Shown here one piece after another: positions 18,036-28,700 of a stretch of 64,000 bases of DNA. Each line of letters opens with the position of its first letter. Position 1 is the first letter of the stretch. The stretch is from an uncultured Kangiella sp. (GTDB lineage: Bacteria; Pseudomonadota; Gammaproteobacteria; Enterobacterales; Kangiellaceae), in NCBI GenBank assembly GCA_947503345.1, contig CANNCW010000005.1, positions 114,454 to 178,453 of the forward strand, read 5' to 3'. The notes under the pieces are model-generated. The model searched no databases. It was not told the origin of the DNA and worked only from the letters and a program-made list of their open reading frames with translations. Both the position numbers and the translations under genes were made by a program.

Positions 18036-18749
18036 TTAATGACTCAATGAAATAGATGCAAGAATTAAATCTTCATGTTCGGTAACTTTTATATTACGCT
18101 TTGAACCAACCACCAGAGCAGGACTATAACCTTGCGCTTCCATAGCTGATGCCTCGTCGGTGATTAAAACATTTTCCTGTAACGATTTCTCAATAGCACT
18201 TTGTAACCGTGCTACAGGGAAGTATTGTGGTGTCTGGGCAAGCCAAATAGTTTCTCTTGGAATAGTTTTATTAATGGTTTGTTGATTGTTAGTAACCTTA
18301 ACCGTATCAAATGAAGGTACCGCTAAAATCACACCGTCAGGCGAGGTTTCTTGAGCTTTGATTAGGTTGTCGATATGCATAGAATACAGGCATGGACGTG
18401 CTGCATCATGCACCATTACCCAATCATTATCACCGCCAGCTTGTTTGATATATCTCAAACCATTGTTAACTGAATTGCCCCTTTCATCGCCACCATCAAC
18501 CACAATGATTTTTCTATGATTTGAAACTTTTAATTTTTTCCAATGACGATCATTTGGATTTATCGCAACTATGACTTTATGTATTTTAGGGTGGGTAATA
18601 AAAGCATCTAAGCTATGCTCTAGAATGGTTTTATTACCTATGGATAAGTATTGTTTGGGTATATCAGAGCCCATTCGCGAGCCAATGCCAGCTGCGGGAA
18701 TGATAGCCCAAATTCTTTGTGGAGTATCTAAACGAGAAGAACTGGTCAT
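18036..18749 (-). CDS. ispD: 2-C-methyl-D-erythritol 4-phosphate cytidylyltransferase
   Basis: IPAAGIGSRMG..IPKQY, VHDAARP, AQTPQ, TDEASAME, NIKVT. Confidence 0.97.
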   Translation of the reverse strand: MTSSSRLDTPQRIWAIIPAAGIGSRMGSDIPKQYLSIGNKTILEHSLDAFITHPKIHKVIVAINPNDRHWKKLKVSNHRKIIVVDGGDERGNSVNNGLRYIKQAGGDNDWVMVHDAARPCLYSMHIDNLIKAQETSPDGVILAVPSFDTVKVTNNQQTINKTIPRETIWLAQTPQYFPVARLQSAIEKSLQENVLITDEASAMEAQGYSPALVVGSKRNIKVTEHEDLILASISLSH

Positions 18750-18755
18750 AGGTGA

Positions 18756-19037
18756 CTAGTTAGATTCCTTTTTAATAATTCTAAAAAAGGTTTCACCTTC
18801 TTTAATTAAGCCTAGTTGGAAACGAGCCATTTCTTCTACTGAGTCTTCGCCTTTGCGTAATCCTTTAATTTCTGCAAGCAACTTTTGGTTTCGTTGTAAT
18901 AATTCCAAGTTTTCTTGTTTTATTTTCGAAACCTTTTCTTCTTGTTGCTGAATTTTTTGAAAAGAAGTCTGGCCGAACCAAATTCGGTATTGAAGTGATA
19001 TTAAAATCACTAAAAGTATTGCGACCATCCATTTCAT
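18756..19037 (-). CDS. ftsB: Cell division protein FtsB
   Basis: N-terminal TM LQYRIWFG, coiled coil, EEMARFQLGLIKEGETFF; eno-ftsB-ispD context. Confidence 0.93.
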   Translation of the reverse strand: MKWMVAILLVILISLQYRIWFGQTSFQKIQQQEEKVSKIKQENLELLQRNQKLLAEIKGLRKGEDSVEEMARFQLGLIKEGETFFRIIKKESN

Positions 19038-19082
19038 AAGCTTACTTTATCAAATTCCAAAAAGTTTACTACATTTCACAAA

Positions 19083-19098
19083 GGGCTCAAAAGAGCCC
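19083..19098 (-). terminator. Short hairpin after eno (possible terminator or processing stem)
   Basis: GGGCTC-TTTT-GAGCCC followed by TTTG on the minus strand. Confidence 0.45.
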
Positions 19099-19106
19099 AT
19101 TGTCAT

Positions 19107-20414
<1,308 letters not shown>

Positions 20415-20457
20415 TTAATTTCTGATAACAGAAACTTAAAACTAAAATTAAACTAGC

Positions 20458-21318
20458 TTACATTAAATCGCCTTGGCCAAACTCTGTAATAGAGTCTTCA
20501 ACAAAACCTGCCTTTTTCACCACCAAATCTAGCTCTTTCATAGTCGCCAACATTTCTTCGATTCGATACATTGGGAAAGAGTTTGGTCCATCGCATTTTG
20601 CAAGGTTAGGATCTGGATGTGACTCCATAAAGACACCAGCTACACCGGCAGCAATCGCAGCACGAGTTAATACAGGAATCACTTCACGCAAACCACCTGA
20701 AGAAGAACCTTGACCACCAGGTAATTGGGCTGAGTGGGTAGCGTCATAAACAATTGGCACTCCAGATTCGCGCATTATCGATAAAGAACGCATATCAGAA
20801 ACTAAATTGTTATATCCAAATGAAACACCACGTTCACAGATCATAACGTTTTCATTACCTGTTTCTTTGGCTTTATCGATCACATTTTTCATGTCCCATG
20901 GCGATAAAAATTGCCCTTTTTTGATATTAACAGGAATCCCAGGCTCACAGACGCGACGTATAAAATTGGTTTGACGGCATAAGAACGCTGGTGTTTGCAT
21001 TACATCAACCACATCGGCGACTTCTTGCATCGGCGTATCTTCATGTACATCCGTTAAAACTCGAACACCTACTTGGTCTTTAACTTTTTGCAAAATCTTC
21101 AAACCATTTTCCATACCAGGACCACGGAAGCTTTTGCTCGATGAACGATTGGCTTTATCGAATGACGACTTATAAATATAAGGAATATCTAAACGATCGG
21201 TAATTTCCTTCATATAACCCGCAGTATCGATTGCCAACTGTTCGCTTTCAATCACACAAGGACCACAGATCAAGAAAAACGGTTGATCTAAGCCTACTTC
21301 CCAATCTAATAATTTCAT
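20458..21318 (-). CDS. kdsA: KDO 8-phosphate synthase
   Basis: [51 protein letters not shown]. Confidence 0.97.
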   Translation of the reverse strand: MKLLDWEVGLDQPFFLICGPCVIESEQLAIDTAGYMKEITDRLDIPYIYKSSFDKANRSSSKSFRGPGMENGLKILQKVKDQVGVRVLTDVHEDTPMQEVADVVDVMQTPAFLCRQTNFIRRVCEPGIPVNIKKGQFLSPWDMKNVIDKAKETGNENVMICERGVSFGYNNLVSDMRSLSIMRESGVPIVYDATHSAQLPGGQGSSSGGLREVIPVLTRAAIAAGVAGVFMESHPDPNLAKCDGPNSFPMYRIEEMLATMKELDLVVKKAGFVEDSITEFGQGDLM

Positions 21319-21342
21319 ACCTTATCCTTTTGCTAGCAATGA

Positions 21343-22983
<1,641 letters not shown>

Positions 22984-23143
22984 TCAACCGATTTACGTAA
23001 ATTTTATTTATACAATAAGAAAACCGCCAAAAACACATTAATAGCTCTAAAGGCCTTGTCATTAGCGGGTTTCACGAATTTTGTTATTGCAATCTAGCCG
23101 ATATTCACAGCCAGATGTCATTGAGAAGAAAGGTTCCTCAGGA

Positions 23144-23161
23144 CGGGAAAATATTATAGCA
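23144..23161 (-). promoter_or_regulatory. Extended -10 promoter for pyrG
   Basis: Minus strand TGC-TATAAT (23158-23153) followed by ATTTTCCCG; about 170 nt upstream of the pyrG ATG. Confidence 0.6.
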
Positions 23162-23230
23162 AAAAGGTCCGATGATTGGCGAGGAGTTTTTGCTAAGATT
23201 GGAGTAACAACCCAACCTTAGCAAGATTTA

Positions 23231-23737
23231 CTACTTACAGCGGTCAGGACGAATCGTAGCGCTTACAGGGTTACCCGCACTGCCGTCAGCCTTTTGTGGC
23301 GTATATTGATAGGTTACTTCTTCAAAATTCAAAGTCACCGATTCAGTCAGCAATTCCTGCCCACCTGAGCCACCCGCAGTCACTGACGAAACGAATAAAT
23401 TTTTAAAGTCCAAAACAAGATAAGCCAAACTACCTCTATCACCAACAGACTTTCTTACTGTTAATTTAGCATTTGGATATATAACTCCATTAACATGCCC
23501 CATCAATAGATCTGGAGATGCTAAATCTGCATATTTAACCATTGAAAGGTCTTGCACGCAGGTTGTCCTACCGTTTGTGGACGAGCCCCAAGACCAAGCT
23601 AAAACGTCAATTTCATTTTTATGATTGATGTTTTTGCTTTCACCTTCCACACCGTCAATTTTTAGAAACATATTTTCTGAATACGCAGAGGTATGGAACA
23701 ATAGAATAGCAATCGAAATGATAACTTTTTTATACAT
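23231..23737 (-). CDS. Hcp1-family (T6SS tube-like) protein with an N-terminal signal peptide
   Basis: MFLKIDGVEGES...HKNEIDVLAWSWG...VQDLSMVKYADLASPDL...AKLTVRK...VSSV..GGSGG..LTESVTLNF..V..QY.PQKADG follows the Hcp1 pattern. Preceded by MYKKVIISIAILLFHTSAYS; SD AAGGA before ATG 23737. Confidence 0.88.
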   Translation of the reverse strand: MYKKVIISIAILLFHTSAYSENMFLKIDGVEGESKNINHKNEIDVLAWSWGSSTNGRTTCVQDLSMVKYADLASPDLLMGHVNGVIYPNAKLTVRKSVGDRGSLAYLVLDFKNLFVSSVTAGGSGGQELLTESVTLNFEEVTYQYTPQKADGSAGNPVSATIRPDRCK

Positions 23738-23925
23738 AATTAAATCCTTTTTTTATCAGAGAAGCTCTTAAAATACGCCTATTTAAGAGAAAAAACCATA
23801 GTCACGAATTTTTACAAACACCCTTTTTGAATATCATCATCTTACTTTTTATAAATACTTGTCTAATATAAGTGTTTAATGTACGGTTAGCATCGTTAGA
23901 TTAAAGTCATAAAATAATACTATCA

Positions 23926-24204
23926 ATGAATAAGTCTCCAAAGAAGTATACAGTCGCCGTATGCCTTTCTGCCATTTTTGGTGTATTAGGTGTTCATCAC
24001 TTCTATTTAGAAAGATGGGCCCATGGAAGCATCGACTTAACACTTTCATTAATGGCACTTTATTTCTTTTCTCAACAACAATATATATGGGCTGGACTGT
24101 TTTTTCTGATGGATCTAGTGCATACAGTTTATGTAACCAGTCTATTAATTATAGGTAAGTATAAAGATGGTAATGGGCTATTTGTTAAAGCTCCCAACCA
24201 TTAA
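23926..24204 (+). CDS. TM2-domain small membrane protein
   Basis: K..VAVCLSAIFGVLGVHHFYL...D...II.GKYKDGNG TM2 pattern. Confidence 0.8.
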   Translation: MNKSPKKYTVAVCLSAIFGVLGVHHFYLERWAHGSIDLTLSLMALYFFSQQQYIWAGLFFLMDLVHTVYVTSLLIIGKYKDGNGLFVKAPNH

Positions 24205-24237
24205 AAGCAACTCAACTCTAAATATAAGGGGAAAACA

Positions 24238-24462
24238 ATGGAAAACTCAGTAGAAAAAAGTCCTAAGGAATTTGTACCAACATTAATTTTAGCTATCTTA
24301 TTAGGTGGCTTCGGTGTTCACCGATTCTACGTTGGTAAAATCGGTACCGGTATCTTAATGATCTTAACTTTAGGTGGTTTAGGTATTTGGGCTCTAATCG
24401 ACATTATCATGATTGCTGTGGGCTCTTTCACAGATAAAGAAGGTCGTGTCATTAAAAGCTAA
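24238..24462 (+). CDS. TM2-domain small membrane protein
   Basis: LGGFGVHRFYVGKIGTGILMILTLGGLGIWALIDII..GSFTDKEG. Confidence 0.9.
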   Translation: MENSVEKSPKEFVPTLILAILLGGFGVHRFYVGKIGTGILMILTLGGLGIWALIDIIMIAVGSFTDKEGRVIKS

Positions 24463-24477
24463 ATCCAGAATTAATGG

Positions 24478-24514
24478 TCAAAGAAAAAGGCGCTTGTTGC
24501 GCCTTTTTCTTTGA
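24478..24514 (+). terminator. Intrinsic terminator after the TM2 pair
   Basis: TCAAAGAAAAAGGCGC-TTGTT-GCGCCTTTTTCTTTGA, perfect 16-bp inverted repeat. Confidence 0.85.
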
Positions 24515-24698
24515 TTGATATTTTCCTTCTTTAATGCGCTATTTGAAGTATAAACCTTCATTCAAGTAGCTAGATTGTAAAGAATCACCATCCTAGACAT
24601 TAGGTCACACTCACTGAAACACCTCTTTACTCAATGCTTACAGCAAGTAAGTCTACAAAAATGGACAATATAATTATCCATTCAGAAGAGGTCACAAT

Positions 24699-25496
24699 AT
24701 GAAACTATTGAAGCAGATAACATTTACGCTCCTTGCATTAGTAGCGAGTTATGCAAATGCTAAGCCCGAGTATCAATCAAACGATACAGAAACCATCATC
24801 ATGAAAATGATCGAGGCCCATGGCGGTTATAAAAAGTGGAGTCAAGCGCCATCAATCCGATTTGATAATGTTATGCACAACAATTATCACCAGAAAAATC
24901 AATTTGCTTGGTGGGTAGCGCATGAAGTCATTGATCAAAAAACACGACAAGTCTATCAAGAATGGCCTATGGACAAAGCTAAAATTGGATTTGACGGGAA
25001 AGAGGTATGGCAGCAAAACTGGAGCAAAGGAAACCCTCCTGAGTTTATGGCTCACTTTTTTTACTATTTTGTGAACCTTCCTTGGTTAACACAAGATGAT
25101 AATGTAACCCTATCTAATGTTGAAAAATTCAAATGGCCAGGATTAGATAAAGAATTTTACCAAATAAAAATGAGCTTCAAAGACAAAGCCACTATCGGTA
25201 AGTCATTAAAAGACTATTTTATTTTATATATCGATCCAGATAGCTATTTGTTAACTGGTTACCAATATACCGTTGGCTATGAGCCATTTCTCGAGGTTAT
25301 GGGAATGAAAGGTAAATTTGAAGTATTTGGACCTATGTGGCGTATAATCACCAAATATGAAAATGTTAATGGCTTGATATTTCCCTCAGCTTTTAGAACC
25401 ATGCCAGAGGCCGACGAACGAATCGTGGGTAATCATGTGATTTTAAATATTGAAATCGACAAACCATTTGAGTACGAAAAAGCTAAGGGTAAGTAA
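24699..25496 (+). CDS. Secreted uncharacterised protein (DUF6503-like, possibly LolA-like beta fold)
   Basis: Signal peptide ending ASYANA; AHGG...W; FFYYFVNLPW; YILYIDPDSYLL. Family assignment from memory. Confidence 0.5.
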   Translation: MKLLKQITFTLLALVASYANAKPEYQSNDTETIIMKMIEAHGGYKKWSQAPSIRFDNVMHNNYHQKNQFAWWVAHEVIDQKTRQVYQEWPMDKAKIGFDGKEVWQQNWSKGNPPEFMAHFFYYFVNLPWLTQDDNVTLSNVEKFKWPGLDKEFYQIKMSFKDKATIGKSLKDYFILYIDPDSYLLTGYQYTVGYEPFLEVMGMKGKFEVFGPMWRIITKYENVNGLIFPSAFRTMPEADERIVGNHVILNIEIDKPFEYEKAKGK

Positions 25497-25532
25497 CCTA
25501 AGCTAAATTAGAAATATTAGCTGTAATCTTCC

Positions 25533-25559
25533 AAATGGGCTTAATTTTAAGCCCATTTT
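25533..25559 (+). terminator. Intrinsic terminator
   Basis: AAATGGGCTTAA-TT-TTAAGCCCATTTT. Confidence 0.7.
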
Positions 25560-25577
25560 CTACTATAAATTCATAAG

Positions 25578-25619
25578 TGACATACTCCTGACACATCCAA
25601 GACGTATCCAGACTGGCTA
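25578..25619. repeat. Four helically phased GAC-core direct repeats (putative operator)
   Basis: tgacatactcc / tgacacatcca / agacgtatcc / agactggcta; GAC cores at 25579, 25590, 25601, 25611. Confidence 0.45.
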
Positions 25620-25675
25620 TTTTCCAGTAATCTATACTCAACTTGCTATTAAGCAAAACCTATTAAGGAGTAACA

Positions 25676-26119
25676 GTGTCCATTAGACAAAAAAGGTTAG
25701 ATAAAGGCTGGACTCAAAGCCAATTGGCAGAATTTTGTGGTTTGAGTTTAAGAACCATACAAAGAGTCGAAAAAGGTCAAAAACCTACTTTAGAGACCCA
25801 GAAGGCCCTAGCTGCCGTATTTGAAACAGAAGTCTCTGAAATTGTAGTGAATCATGATATTGATGAATCACTATTAAGTGAAGATGAAGCTAAAGAGTTG
25901 GAATACATTAGAGAAAAGCGCTCCTTCTTTAATCATTTAATTACCTACTTGATTGTTGCACCATTTCTAACTTTAGTGAATTGGAACTTTGGTCTTGCTA
26001 TTGGCTGGGGCGCCTGGCTTGTCTACAAAGCCTTGAAACTATTTGATGCCAAAGAGCTATTTGGTGCGGGTTGGGAAAAAAGAGAGTTGGAGAAAAGAAT
26101 CGGCCGTAAAGTTAAATAA
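25676..26119 (+). CDS. XRE-family HTH regulator with a C-terminal 2TM domain
   Basis: RLDKGWTQSQLAEFCGLSLRTIQRVEKG HTH; F..HLITYL...NWNFGLAIGWG...W 2TM pattern; GTG start with AAGGAG SD. Confidence 0.85.
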   Translation: MSIRQKRLDKGWTQSQLAEFCGLSLRTIQRVEKGQKPTLETQKALAAVFETEVSEIVVNHDIDESLLSEDEAKELEYIREKRSFFNHLITYLIVAPFLTLVNWNFGLAIGWGAWLVYKALKLFDAKELFGAGWEKRELEKRIGRKVK

Positions 26120-26163
26120 CGCCCTTTTACAATTATATTTATAACAATAAACGAGGAACACTC

Positions 26164-27078
26164 ATGTTAGTGCTAAAAATAATAAAATGGATAATCATTT
26201 CGATACTTTTAATTCTTACTCTATTAGTTGGAATATATAGCTATCTATTGCTCAGTTTTGACACTGAAAATTTTCCCGAAAATCATGGGAATGTCAAAAC
26301 TGAGCTATTTCTAGGGAATAATAACAAACAACCTTTAATCGTTGGTTTAGGTGGTTCAGAAGGTGGTAACGCTTGGGCTAGCAACTATTGGAAAGCGCAA
26401 AGAGATCGATTTATAGAGCAAGGTTACGCATTTTTAGCATTGGGTTATTTTGGTATGAAGGGGACTCCGAATAACCTCGATCGCATCTCGTTGAATGGGG
26501 TGCATCAAGCGATTGTCGAAGCGGCAAAAAACCCTAATATTGATGAAAACTGCATCATATTGATTGGTGGCTCTAAGGGAGCTGAGCTCTCTTTAGCTCT
26601 CGCAAGTCGCTATCAAAATATTAAATCTGTGGTAGCCATTGTTCCAGGTTCTTCAGTATTTAGTGCCATTACTATAGCTATGAATACACCTTCATTTAGC
26701 TACAATAACCAACCATTAGAGTTTGTGCCAGTACCTTTAAACACTACCACTGATCTATTGTCGGGCAATCTACGCTCAGCTTTTTTAAAGATGATGGACA
26801 ATGAAGAAGCTATGAATCGCGCAGCCATTGAAGTAGAGAACATCAATGGTTCTGTGCTTTTTATATCAGCGACTCAAGATGAAATGTGGCCCTCAACAGA
26901 AATGTCGGAGATGATGATGGAACGGTTGAAACAGAATGACTTTCAATATAATTATGAGCATATCGCTATTAACGGCGATCACGGTGCCCCACTAAAACAT
27001 TTCGATAAAATAGAAGACTTCCTAAAAGAGAATATCTCGATGAAGGGTTCAAAAGATTGTTTAGCTAAAACTTTATAG
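26164..27078 (+). CDS. BAAT/acyl-CoA thioesterase-like alpha/beta hydrolase with an N-terminal membrane anchor
   Basis: GGSEGG, LALGYFG, GGSKGAE nucleophile elbow, QDEMWPS (Asp), GDHG (His). Confidence 0.8.
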   Translation: MLVLKIIKWIIISILLILTLLVGIYSYLLLSFDTENFPENHGNVKTELFLGNNNKQPLIVGLGGSEGGNAWASNYWKAQRDRFIEQGYAFLALGYFGMKGTPNNLDRISLNGVHQAIVEAAKNPNIDENCIILIGGSKGAELSLALASRYQNIKSVVAIVPGSSVFSAITIAMNTPSFSYNNQPLEFVPVPLNTTTDLLSGNLRSAFLKMMDNEEAMNRAAIEVENINGSVLFISATQDEMWPSTEMSEMMMERLKQNDFQYNYEHIAINGDHGAPLKHFDKIEDFLKENISMKGSKDCLAKTL

Positions 27079-27903
27079 TTAAACCAACAAATGATTCCAT
27101 TCACTATTTCGCTGTAAATAACGGACAGTGTAAGAACAAATGGGCTTAACTTTCAGGCCCATTTTTTCGATTTCTCCAAGCGTCATTTTCATTAGCACAG
27201 AACCATAACCTTTACCCCGTAGCTCTATGGGTACTTCAGAGTAATCTAAAGATAAATAATCACCATGATGACTATATCGTAGCATGGCAAACTTGTTCGG
27301 TTCTAATTCAACCAAAAATTGTTCTTTATCCTCTTGATGAATAACTCTAGGTAATTCTTGAGGAAGATTTTCGACTAACTTGTCAGCATGCTTTTGACGA
27401 AGTTTAGCTAACTTTGGCTCTATAACTATAGTGCAATATCGATTTTCAGAATTTCGATTGTAATAATCTTGGTGATAAATTTCAGCAGGATAGAAACTAG
27501 TTAGAGCAACTAATTCTGTGACTATTGGCTTATCAAATAATGGCACCATTTCTGTTAACACTGTTTCAGCGATATTTTGTTGCTCTAATGAGTGAAACAA
27601 AATTATCGAGCGGTATTGAGTGCCGATATCAGCGCCTTGTCCATCTCTTTGTGTCGGGTTGTGGCTAGTCATAAAGACCTCTAGCAAATCTTTATAAGAT
27701 AGGATACTTGAATTAAAACTCACCTGAATTACTTCTGCATGCCCAGTAGAACCGCTGCAGACAGAGTTATAATTTGGCTCGGGGTCATGCCCACCTGCAT
27801 ATCCAGAAACGACTTTTTCAACGCCATTCAGCTTCTGAATCACCGCTTCAACACACCAAAAGCAACCACCACCAAATGTCGCTAATTCTAAATTTGAACT
27901 CAT
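27079..27903 (-). CDS. msrA: Peptide-methionine (S)-S-oxide reductase MsrA fused to a small GNAT (YjdJ/Acetyltransf_CG-like) domain
   Basis: FGGGCFWCVEA, GHAEV, QGADIGTQYRS, FYPAEIYHQDYY; the last ~90 aa carry EVPIELRGKGYGSVL...KVKPICSY. Start set at 27903 (ATGA overlap with the mazG stop). Confidence 0.88.
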   Translation of the reverse strand: MSSNLELATFGGGCFWCVEAVIQKLNGVEKVVSGYAGGHDPEPNYNSVCSGSTGHAEVIQVSFNSSILSYKDLLEVFMTSHNPTQRDGQGADIGTQYRSIILFHSLEQQNIAETVLTEMVPLFDKPIVTELVALTSFYPAEIYHQDYYNRNSENRYCTIVIEPKLAKLRQKHADKLVENLPQELPRVIHQEDKEQFLVELEPNKFAMLRYSHHGDYLSLDYSEVPIELRGKGYGSVLMKMTLGEIEKMGLKVKPICSYTVRYLQRNSEWNHLLV

Positions 27904-28700
27904 TTTAATTGCCCTTTGGCTTCTTGCCATGCAGCTTCAAGTTGCTCTAAAGACGCATCAGATACTGATAAGTTACGCTCGGCTAATCCTGACTCTAACA
28001 ATCTAAATCGCTTTTCGAACTTTTTATTGGACTTTCGTAAAGCTGTTTCTGCATCAAAATCCAAATGCCTAGAAAGATTAACCATGGCGAATAATAAGTC
28101 ACCAATTTCTTCTTCAATATGTGCTTTATCCTGGCTGGCAATAGCTTCTTTAACTTCTAATAACTCTTCTTCAATCTTATCTATAACGCCTGCAATATCA
28201 GGCCAATCGAAGCCATGACGCCCCACCCGCTTTTGAATTTTTTGCGCTATGGAAAGTGAAGGGAAACCTTGGGGCAAGTTATCTAGTAAACTTTTATTAG
28301 TAGCACCTTTTTCTTGGCGCTCTAACTGCTTTTGTTGCTCCCAATTTCGTTTTAAATGTTCGTCAGAAACATATTCTTGCTCACCAAATACATGTGGATG
28401 ACGTCGCTCTAATTTATCTGCCATCTTTCCTGCGATAGATTCAAAGTCAAAATGCCCCTCTTCTTGCCCCATTTGTGCATAAAAGATCACTTGAAATAAT
28501 AAATCACCTAATTCGCCATGTAACTCTTCAAAGTCACCATTTTCGATAGCATCTGCAACTTCATAAGCTTCCTCTAAAGTATAAGGTACAATCGTTTCAA
28601 AAGTTTGCTTTCGATCCCATGGGCAACCTGTATTTGGATCGCGTAATGCGGACATAATATTTAATAGCCGCTGTGTATTTACTAAATGCTTATCAACCAC
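27900..28700 (-). CDS. mazG: Nucleoside triphosphate pyrophosphohydrolase MazG
   Basis: LRDPNTGCPWDRKQT, EEAYEV, ELGDLLFQV, RRHPHVF, EEIGDLLF. Confidence 0.97.
   Translation of the reverse strand: MVDKHLVNTQRLLNIMSALRDPNTGCPWDRKQTFETIVPYTLEEAYEVADAIENGDFEELHGELGDLLFQVIFYAQMGQEEGHFDFESIAGKMADKLERRHPHVFGEQEYVSDEHLKRNWEQQKQLERQEKGATNKSLLDNLPQGFPSLSIAQKIQKRVGRHGFDWPDIAGVIDKIEEELLEVKEAIASQDKAHIEEEIGDLLFAMVNLSRHLDFDAETALRKSNKKFEKRFRLLESGLAERNLSVSDASLEQLEAAWQEAKGQLK

Noticed and set aside
23231-24462. Remnant of a T6SS cluster or prophage
   Set aside because: No other T6SS, phage structural or integrase gene and no recognisable pseudogene fragments in the intergenic DNA.
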